A stretch of DNA of 64,000 nucleotides from Verrucomicrobiota bacterium. GTDB lineage: Bacteria > Verrucomicrobiota > Verrucomicrobiia > Limisphaerales > JBBRPK01. A program made the translations under genes and the position numbers. The stretch covers positions 4,868-68,867 of the forward strand of contig JBBRPK010000012.1 in the NCBI GenBank assembly GCA_038228235.1. Direction: 5' to 3'. How positions within the stretch are numbered: the stretch's first letter is position 1; every line of letters begins with the position of its first letter. The notes beneath the pieces were generated by a model. That model made no database searches, was not told the DNA's origin, and was given only the letters and a program-made list of their open reading frames with translations. Positions 56,726 through 64,000 of this stretch are shown here, piece by piece.

Positions 56726-57328
56726 ATGATGAATATCGACGATAAAGAACATGAACCTCGCGAGCCAGCGGCCCTCCACGAACCGGAAGGGGAAGGCTCG
56801 ACCACACCCGCGATGGGAGACCCGGAGGCCTTGGAGGAAAATCCCCTGACCTCGGAAGAGATTGAGGGGTTAAAAACCCAAGCTGCTAAAGCCAATGACC
56901 AACGGGAGCAAATGCTGCGCCTGGCCGCCGATTTTGATAATTTTAAAAAGCGCGCCGCCCGGGAGCGGCAGGAGATCAGCAAATATGCCAATGAATCGCT
57001 CCTCCAAAAACTGATCCCGGTGCTGGACAATTTCGACATGGCCCTGGCGGCCGCCAACACCGCGCCAACCGGTGGGTTGCAACAGCTTCAGGCCGGAATC
57101 GCCATGATCTTCCAGCAACTCAAATCGGTCTTGGCCGAAGCCGGACTGGAGGAAATCGATGCCACGGGCAAAACCTTCGACCCCAATTGGCATGAGGCCA
57201 TCGCCCAGCAGGAATCAAAGGAAGTTGCCGAAGGCCAAGTGCTGCAGCAATTACGCAAAGGCTACAAGCTTCGGGATCGGCTCCTTCGCCCCGCCGGGGT
57301 GGTGGTGGCAAAAACGCCCGCCCATTGA
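56726..57328 (+). CDS. grpE: Nucleotide exchange factor GrpE
   Basis: RLAADFDNFKKR, FDPNWHEAI, KGYKLRDRLLRPAGVVV. Confidence 0.97.
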   Translation: MMNIDDKEHEPREPAALHEPEGEGSTTPAMGDPEALEENPLTSEEIEGLKTQAAKANDQREQMLRLAADFDNFKKRAARERQEISKYANESLLQKLIPVLDNFDMALAAANTAPTGGLQQLQAGIAMIFQQLKSVLAEAGLEEIDATGKTFDPNWHEAIAQQESKEVAEGQVLQQLRKGYKLRDRLLRPAGVVVAKTPAH

Positions 57329-57364
57329 AGCGCTTGGCTCTGGAAACTCGGAACTCACATTAAA

Positions 57365-58495
57365 ATGGCCAAGCGCGACTATTACGAAGTCCTGGGAGTG
57401 GAGCGAACTGTCACCGAAGAGGACATTAAAAAGGCATATCGAAAATTAGCGGTTAAGTTCCACCCCGACAAAAACCCCGGCGATAAAACCGCAGAGGAGA
57501 AATTCAAAGAGATCGGGGAGGCCTACGAAGCCTTGAGTGATCCACAAAAGAGAGCCGCTTACGATCAATATGGTCATGCCGCCTTTGATTCGCGCTCTCG
57601 CGCAGGTGGACGCGGTGGCGGGTTCCACGATCCGTTCGACATTTTCAAGGAAGCTTTCGGCAGCGGCGGCAGCATTTTTGACGACCTGTTTGGGGCCAGC
57701 CGCATCGATCCGACAGGCCCCCAACGCGGTTCGGATCTCCGTTACGACATGGAGATCACTTTTATCGAGGCTGCCCAAGGTTGCGAAAAAGAAATCACGG
57801 TGACCAAGCTCGATGAATGCGAGACTTGCAAGGGGACGGCCCGCGAAGGCGATTCGAAGACCCGGGTTTGTCCCAACTGCGAGGGGCGCGGCCAGGTAGT
57901 AACCTCCCGGGGCATCTTCAGTATCGCTCAAACCTGCCCCCGTTGCGAAGGCGCTGGACGCATCATCGAAAATCCGTGCAAGACCTGCCGCGGCACCGGC
58001 CGGCGCGAGCGCACCTCCAAGCTCAAAATCAAGGTCCCCCCCGGAGTGGACACGGGCGCCCGATTACGCTCCTTGGGCAATGGCGAAGCGGGCGTGCGCG
58101 GGGGGCCGGCTGGCGATTTGTACGTCATCCTCCATGTCAAATCGCACGAAATTTTCCAGCGGGACGGAGACGATTTGTTGTGCGAGGTCCCGATCAGTTT
58201 CGTGCAAGCGGCGCTGGGCGCGGATGCCGAAGTCCCCACGCTCGTCGGGAAAGCCCAGATCAAAATTCCACCCGGGACTCAAAACGGCGCCCTTTTTCGG
58301 CTCAAAGGCAACGGGATGCGAAATGTGCAAGGCTACGGCTATGGCGATTTGCACGTGCGGGTGATGGTCGAGGTCCCGACACACCTGAATACAACCCAAA
58401 AGGCCAAACTGCAGGAGTTCGCAGAACTATGCGACGATAATGTGAACCCATTGAGCCAGGGATTTTTTGCCAAAGCCAAGAATCTGTTCCGTTAG
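57365..58495 (+). CDS. dnaJ: Chaperone DnaJ
   Basis: J domain with HPD, G/F region, four CxxCxGx(G/A) repeats. Confidence 0.98.
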   Translation: MAKRDYYEVLGVERTVTEEDIKKAYRKLAVKFHPDKNPGDKTAEEKFKEIGEAYEALSDPQKRAAYDQYGHAAFDSRSRAGGRGGGFHDPFDIFKEAFGSGGSIFDDLFGASRIDPTGPQRGSDLRYDMEITFIEAAQGCEKEITVTKLDECETCKGTAREGDSKTRVCPNCEGRGQVVTSRGIFSIAQTCPRCEGAGRIIENPCKTCRGTGRRERTSKLKIKVPPGVDTGARLRSLGNGEAGVRGGPAGDLYVILHVKSHEIFQRDGDDLLCEVPISFVQAALGADAEVPTLVGKAQIKIPPGTQNGALFRLKGNGMRNVQGYGYGDLHVRVMVEVPTHLNTTQKAKLQEFAELCDDNVNPLSQGFFAKAKNLFR

Positions 58496-58558
58496 GTGAG
58501 GGTAAAACGATCCCAGTCTTGGCCAATGTCGGCGCACTTTCACCCTTTTCCTGAATCT

Positions 58559-58631
58559 CGTAGCAGCCGAGGTGACTCGGCTCACTATTTTCCCCGGGAA
58601 AGATCAGAGCCAACTCACATCGGCTGCCACG
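58559..58631. repeat. REP-like imperfect palindrome
   Basis: CGTAGCAGCCGAGGTGACTCGGCTC ... GAGCCAACTCACATCGGCTGCCACG; 25-bp arms with few mismatches. Confidence 0.7.
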
Positions 58632-58716
58632 AGAGAGAACCCCGCCCAACGTTTCAGCCGTTCGCCGCGCTGTTCGATTCCATTCACGAACTCCCACAGT
58701 ATCCAATCTCATAACC

Positions 58717-59472
58717 ATGCACCGCTTCTATCTCCCTCCGTCAAAGTGCCACGATTCTGTGCTCACCCTGTCCAATGCGGAAGCCCACCATGCTTTGCGC
58801 GTCCTGCGCCTGCGGCGCGGAGACCGCGCGGCGATCCTGGACGGCGCCGGCCACGAATATCTTTGCGAAGCAACCGAGGTAACCCAAGATACGGTTGCCC
58901 TAGCCGTTCGACAAAAAAATACCGTCCCGCCCCTCCCCTATCAGGTGACACTGCTGCAGGCAATTCCCAAGGGAAAAATCATGGAAACTATTGTCCAGAA
59001 AGCCACTGAATTGGGCGCGGCTCGCATTGTGCCACTACTCTCAGAACGAGTCGCCGTCCACTTGGATGACGGAACCTCGGCCGAAAAAGTCGAAAAATGG
59101 GGTCTCAACGCCATTGAAGCCATTAAACAATGCGGCTCAGCCTGGCTCCCGGAAATCGAAATGCCCGTGACGCCGAAGGCGTTCCTGGCTCGCGAAGAAA
59201 AATTTGAGCTCCCACTGATCGCCTCCCTGCAGCCTGACAGCAGGCATCCCCGTGAGTTGTTCAAGGCCTTTTACGCAGAACACGCGCGGCTGCCTAAATC
59301 GGTGTGTGTTTGGGTGGGGCCGGAAGGAGACTTCACTCCGGCGGAAGTGAGCGCCGCCAAATCGGCTGGCGCATTGCCGATCACGCTGGGACGGCTGGTG
59401 CTGCGTAGCGAAACCGCCGCCGTCTATTGCCTCTCCATCTTGAACTATGAATCGCAGGCGAGTTATGATTGA
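58717..59472 (+). CDS. rsmE: 16S rRNA m3U1498 methyltransferase
   Basis: HHALRVLRL, QKATELG, GPEGDF, LGRLVLRSETAA. Confidence 0.96.
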   Translation: MHRFYLPPSKCHDSVLTLSNAEAHHALRVLRLRRGDRAAILDGAGHEYLCEATEVTQDTVALAVRQKNTVPPLPYQVTLLQAIPKGKIMETIVQKATELGAARIVPLLSERVAVHLDDGTSAEKVEKWGLNAIEAIKQCGSAWLPEIEMPVTPKAFLAREEKFELPLIASLQPDSRHPRELFKAFYAEHARLPKSVCVWVGPEGDFTPAEVSAAKSAGALPITLGRLVLRSETAAVYCLSILNYESQASYD

Positions 59473-59492
59473 AGGTTATTGGGCACGCCTGG

Positions 59493-61694
59493 TCACTCTC
59501 GCAGCAGCCATTCCACGGCGCTTGGGCGGACTCGTTCCGCGCCACCGTTGAACCTGGTGAGATTTTTGCCTGCTTTCGCTGCCTGATACTGCGATTGCGC
59601 CAGGGCCAGCCCTTCGTCGGTTTCTCCCGCCACCCACGTTCGCCCCGGCGCTCCGAGCGCAAGCAGCGCCGGCAAGTCCCCATATTTCGCGCCGCCTGGT
59701 AGAAAGTTAGGATCGGAGAGATCGAGCACTTTGCCGAAGCGGAATCCGCCCGTGTCGATGACGGCTTGATCAATGGCATCGCCGCATTGGGCGCGTGCTG
59801 CTGCCACCCATGGACCAGCGCCCCCAAGACCGACCACGCTCACCCGCCGTGAAGGATGCTCCTGGTAACGCTTGATGAAATTCACTACCGACAACACGTC
59901 ATGCACGCGATGCACAAACAAAGCATGGTTATAACCAAAGGTGTAGCTCGCCGCTTCGCGCGGATTTTTCACGCGTGGAGTATGGGTAAGTGGCTGGCCA
60001 TCTGGAAGGAATTCGCCCTGATAGAGCAAATCCACCCCTGCCACCGTGGCGCCGGAATCGAGAAGCTTTTGCGCGTCCGGTTGGAAGGAGCCATCCGCCG
60101 CATAAAGCGTTGATTTTCCTTCGCTGCTGAGCCAGAGAACGGTGTGCCCGTTCCATTGTTTGGGATAGCAGAACACCGCTGGCAACTCCTCGTGATAAGT
60201 CTTGTTCTTGAGCAAGCCGCTCATCTCGATCCACGTTGTGCGATCGGATTTATGAGTCATCTCCCATTCTATTTCGCCGGCCTCAGCCAATCCGCCGTCC
60301 AGAACAATCTCCATTGCGCCACCGTAGGCCTTGCGGAACCGTTCCGGAGTGGATTGCTCCGCCACGAGTTGCTGCTGGGCATCATCATGCAGATCGCGCA
60401 ATAAATGACGTTCGAAGTCGGGATCGGCAGCTTTGGGGGCGGGATGCTGATCATCCCACACGCTCAGGTCCTGGCGCGGGAGCGGTTGATAATCGCGCTC
60501 GATCACCGGTTCTTTCTGCCCCAGTTTGAAGTGGCGGTTCAGCCAGGTGTAAAAAGCGGAGCGCGAGACGGCGTTGTAGTTATGCGGAAAGTGTTCGCCC
60601 CGCCTGAGCATCACATTGTCCGGCGCGCCGAGCAAGGTGTAGAGTTGCTTTAATTCAGGGAAGCCTTTCGCCGCCATTTCTTTCGTCCAGTCATTGGCGC
60701 AAGTCATTCCCTGCGGCTTGGGCGCGAAAAGGCCGGCGAACTCGACGTTTCCCGTGTTGACGCGGAGCAAGGAGGCGTTTTCGCAGGTACAACCGCCTTG
60801 CATAGCGGTGCTCACCATCACCGCGGGAAACGAGAGCTTCACGCGCGGATCAATGGCAGCGAGGATCATCGTTTGCGTGCCGCCGCCGCTGGCGCCGGTC
60901 ATGGCAATTCGCTCCGCATCGACTTCGGGCAGGCTTAACAGGAAATCAAGCGACCGGATCGAGTTCCAGGTTTGCAACCCCATCGCGCTCTGCAAGTGCC
61001 CCTCCGCCTGTGGACTGAACAGGCCCCAATATTCGGTGGTGTTCATTTCCGGGCGCTGCTTCGCGAACCCGTGCGCCAGTTTCATCGAAAGCTGCTGCGA
61101 ATCGGAATTGCCCAGCATGTCCCATTGCCAAACCACGCAGCCCATGCGCGCGAGCTGCACGCACATCGATTGGAACCGGCTGCGGCCGCCTTCCTCGAAG
61201 CGCTCCTCCCCATCGGCGATCTCGCGCCTCAACTCCATGTCGGTGGACTCCGATAAGCGCGCGTCCGCCCAATGTCCGTGCGCGAACAAAACACCCGGCG
61301 CTTTGCCGGCCACCGTTTTTGGCCGATAAAGATTACCAGTCACGAAGAACCCTGGTGCGCTCTGGAAATAAACTTTCTCCACTGTATAATCACCACGATC
61401 TGTCCTCCCATGAACTACCGCCTGAAGCGGAGTCTTTGTTGGCATGGGCCATAACCCTTGCGAGATCAGGATCTGCCGCCGGACTCGTTCAGCGCGCTGC
61501 TCCCAAGCCGCCTTCGAGGGCGGCGGCGCGAATGGAAAGTAGGAATCCAAGTCCTTCAATGGCTCGAGTCGGGCGTCGTGGGGCAGTTTCCCCTCGGGCA
61601 AGACCCGCGGCCCGCTCGCTCCCGATGGAAGCGCTGTGAGCAGGGACAATGTTAGGAAATATCGCAGCAGGGGAGGCGGCAAACTTATGGTCAT
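59493..61694 (-). CDS. Secreted alpha/beta hydrolase (acetylxylan-esterase-like, PVC type)
   Basis: Signal peptide, HGHW, TGASGGGTQT nucleophile elbow, MQGGCTCEN, HNY; second degenerate hydrolase domain. Confidence 0.8.
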   Translation of the reverse strand: MTISLPPPLLRYFLTLSLLTALPSGASGPRVLPEGKLPHDARLEPLKDLDSYFPFAPPPSKAAWEQRAERVRRQILISQGLWPMPTKTPLQAVVHGRTDRGDYTVEKVYFQSAPGFFVTGNLYRPKTVAGKAPGVLFAHGHWADARLSESTDMELRREIADGEERFEEGGRSRFQSMCVQLARMGCVVWQWDMLGNSDSQQLSMKLAHGFAKQRPEMNTTEYWGLFSPQAEGHLQSAMGLQTWNSIRSLDFLLSLPEVDAERIAMTGASGGGTQTMILAAIDPRVKLSFPAVMVSTAMQGGCTCENASLLRVNTGNVEFAGLFAPKPQGMTCANDWTKEMAAKGFPELKQLYTLLGAPDNVMLRRGEHFPHNYNAVSRSAFYTWLNRHFKLGQKEPVIERDYQPLPRQDLSVWDDQHPAPKAADPDFERHLLRDLHDDAQQQLVAEQSTPERFRKAYGGAMEIVLDGGLAEAGEIEWEMTHKSDRTTWIEMSGLLKNKTYHEELPAVFCYPKQWNGHTVLWLSSEGKSTLYAADGSFQPDAQKLLDSGATVAGVDLLYQGEFLPDGQPLTHTPRVKNPREAASYTFGYNHALFVHRVHDVLSVVNFIKRYQEHPSRRVSVVGLGGAGPWVAAARAQCGDAIDQAVIDTGGFRFGKVLDLSDPNFLPGGAKYGDLPALLALGAPGRTWVAGETDEGLALAQSQYQAAKAGKNLTRFNGGAERVRPSAVEWLLRE

Positions 61695-61701
61695 GGCATC
61701 T

Positions 61702-61729
61702 AGACTACCAACGCGAAATCAGAATTCAA
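61702..61729 (-). promoter_or_regulatory. Sigma70-like promoter of the esterase gene
   Basis: TTGAAT-16 bp-TAGTCT, 7 nt before ATG 61694. Confidence 0.5.
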
Positions 61730-61936
61730 CACGGATGTTGAGCGGTCCGACAAAAATAAAAGACCCGAAATGGTGCAGAATGGCGCAGAAATGGTTCCAA
61801 GTCTTCATCCGGAATGGAGCGTAATCCATCGGTTGGGTTATCGTTGAGGTTCCCCTTCGATGAATTTGTCTTTGATATTCTGGAGGTCTTAAAAGGTGTT
61901 CGACCGCCAGTGGAAAGTTCTCCGCGAAGCGGGTCT

Positions 61937-62115
61937 GGGTGCAGGACAAAAAAGTAACTTAACATTGTGAAGGAGGGCCGCATTTTTCAGGCGGCTTGCT
62001 TGAGTTCCTGAGCAATGGGTCTGTGGTTGTCCCAAAAGCTATCGAAATCCTTGTTCATTACGGCGCAGCGAATCGACAAGACATTGTCAGCTCCATCCAC
62101 CGGCCAGAGCATTAC
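61937..62115 (-). pseudogene. Right-end remnant of an ISKra4-family-like insertion sequence (transposase C-terminus plus terminal IR)
   Basis: Minus-strand peptide MLWPVDGADNVLSIRCAVMNKDFDSFWD..QAA* (62112-61987) resembles the M.W...GA..VL.LR...F..FW tail of these transposases, followed by ..TTTTGTCCTGCACCC. Confidence 0.65.
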
Positions 62116-62120
62116 CGCGG

Positions 62121-63851
62121 TCAACCTAACTTTCCCCACTCTTCCCGCACCATCTTCACCAAAGGCCGGAGCGTGCTAACACTGAAATCAAACCGGCAAT
62201 CGGCGGCGGCAAATAAATCGGGCAAAGGTTGCGAACCGCCCAGCGCGAGCGCCCGTTGATAGGCCTGCATGGATTTCGCTTTGTTTTGCTTCGAGTTGGC
62301 CCAGACTTGCAGGGCGCCTAATTGGGCGATGGCATACTCGATGTAATAGAACGGGTAAAGATAGATATGCAACTGGCGATGCCACAAATTCGCTCGCGCT
62401 TCTTCATAACCTGACCAATCGACTTCGCCGCCGAAACGGTCCATCAACGAAAGCCACGCCGCAGTCCGCTCTTCGCGCGAATGACCCGGATGTGAGTAGA
62501 TCCAGTGCTGGAATGCATCGACCGTCACAATCCAGGGGAAAATTTCCAGGATGCCCTCTAGATGGTTACGGCGGGCGCGCTGAGCCTCGGGAAGGGCATA
62601 GAATTCTTCGAGGAATTCGTTGCCCAGCAATTCCATGCTCATGGAGGCCACTTCACAGAATTCAATCGGCGCGCTGCGATAGGAATATAAATCTTCTTTT
62701 TGCGTCGCCAGCGCGTGAAAGGCATGACCGGCTTCATGCAACATCGTCTCCACGTCGCGTTGCACGCCCACGGCATTCATAAAAATAAAAGGCAGCCGCG
62801 CTTCGCTCAAGGTGGATTGATAGCCGCCAGGCGCTTTGCCTTTGCGATTGGCCAAATCGAGGAGGCGCAAGTCGCGCATAACTTTAAAGCCCTTCGCCAG
62901 CGCGGGATCAAGCTGGTCGAAGATCTTCTGGGTCTTTGCCACCATCTGCTCCACCTGCTCAAATGGGCGCAAAGGTGGCCGATTCAATGGATCGACCGCC
63001 AGGTCCCACGGTCGCAGGGAAGCAAGATTCAACTGCTCACGGCGTCGAGCTTGGAACTCCCTGATCGCCGGCAGCACTTCCTGTTCGACAGCATCATGGA
63101 ATCGACGGCAATCCTCCGGCGTGTAATCAAAACGGTGACGCGCCCGGAACGCATATTCCAGATAATTCGGGAAGCCGGCATTAGCGGCGATTTGCTCGCG
63201 TAGTTTAACCAGTTGATCGAAAATGTTCTCAAACTCCGAGGCTGCCTGCAAACGCCGCCTGGCCACCAATTCCCATGCTTCCTGGCGCAAAGGACGGTCG
63301 GTCTCTTCCAAATACCGGCCCATCTGAATGAGAGTTTTTTCTTCGCCGCGGAATTGGACGGTCAGGGAGCCGGACAATTTTTGATATTGCTGGCCCAATT
63401 TGGATTCCTCGGTTTCGAGAGGGACATTCTCTGAGCGGAAGAGTTCCACGTGGACTTTGGTGTCGCGGTCAAACACTCGATAACGTGCCGTTGGCAATTG
63501 AGCACGGAGCGAGTGCGCAAGATAGATTTCCGACAATCTGAACTGGCGTCGCTTGAGTTCGGGCTCGATCTGCTCGACAAATTGGAGGTAAGCCTTTTCG
63601 GCCCCCTCATCATCGGTGTGGCAAGTCATGGCGATGTGCCGGCGGGATGATTCCTCATCCAGGGCCGCGCTGAGCTCGCCGCCATCCCGCAGCCATTCTT
63701 CAAAGTCGGGCACAGAAGAACATTCGAGCGCGCGCTTCTCCAGCCGATCAAACAAAGGCGCGACTTGAGACCAATCTCCCAAATTGATTTCGCGCGGCAC
63801 AAATCGGCGCGGCGAATAAGGCGGCAATTGGCCGAAGGGCAACAAATTCAT
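62121..63851 (-). CDS. M3-family oligoendopeptidase (PepF-like)
   Basis: HEAGHAFH zinc motif, EVASMSMEL, RKGKAPGGY, PFYYIEY. Confidence 0.93.
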   Translation of the reverse strand: MNLLPFGQLPPYSPRRFVPREINLGDWSQVAPLFDRLEKRALECSSVPDFEEWLRDGGELSAALDEESSRRHIAMTCHTDDEGAEKAYLQFVEQIEPELKRRQFRLSEIYLAHSLRAQLPTARYRVFDRDTKVHVELFRSENVPLETEESKLGQQYQKLSGSLTVQFRGEEKTLIQMGRYLEETDRPLRQEAWELVARRRLQAASEFENIFDQLVKLREQIAANAGFPNYLEYAFRARHRFDYTPEDCRRFHDAVEQEVLPAIREFQARRREQLNLASLRPWDLAVDPLNRPPLRPFEQVEQMVAKTQKIFDQLDPALAKGFKVMRDLRLLDLANRKGKAPGGYQSTLSEARLPFIFMNAVGVQRDVETMLHEAGHAFHALATQKEDLYSYRSAPIEFCEVASMSMELLGNEFLEEFYALPEAQRARRNHLEGILEIFPWIVTVDAFQHWIYSHPGHSREERTAAWLSLMDRFGGEVDWSGYEEARANLWHRQLHIYLYPFYYIEYAIAQLGALQVWANSKQNKAKSMQAYQRALALGGSQPLPDLFAAADCRFDFSVSTLRPLVKMVREEWGKLG

Positions 63852-63935
63852 GAAGCAAGATTGCGGAGAAACGAGGAAAAGGCAATCACCCGGTAGCAGT
63901 CGTCCGCGGAGGTTCCTGGGGAGGCCGAGCTAACC

Positions 63936-64000
63936 GGAGGGGCAAAGCCCCAGCCTCATGCCAGCCCAGGGCAACGCCCTGGGATAAGCAGCTCCGAAAG
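63936..64000. repeat. REP-like short hairpin cluster (truncated by window end)
   Basis: GGGGCAAAGCCCC and CCCAGGGCAACGCCCTGGG hairpins, then GCTCCGAAAG. Confidence 0.6.

Overview
Bacterial chromosomal window, most likely from a Verrucomicrobiota (Pedosphaera/Limisphaera-like) genome; this is inferred from the protein families and repeat types. The first ~43 kb is a cell-surface/matrix region. It holds an Alg8-like GT2 polysaccharide synthase, an HlyD-type adaptor and a NarL/LuxR regulator, followed by four co-oriented secreted proteins (3324, 1141, 4865 and ~476 aa). A second lamin-tail/CotH giant (2402 aa) lies nearby. These proteins combine PA14, Ig, lamin-tail, CotH-kinase, BACON-like and HYR-like modules with two distinguishable classes of cohesin-like and dockerin-like modules, and all end in a shared ~70-aa '(R)F(Y/F)R' C-terminal domain. 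The pattern suggests a cellulosome-like but non-hydrolytic surface scaffold, which is the best candidate here for an undescribed system. The rest is mostly housekeeping: tmk, tRNA-Leu(UAA), addB-addA, grpE-dnaJ-rsmE, an esterase and pepF. It also contains a 273-bp MITE, an ISKra4-like remnant, REP-like hairpins, a small CPXCG zinc-finger gene missed by the ORF track, and several apparently leaderless promoters. All domain calls are by-eye motif recognition, not database searches.
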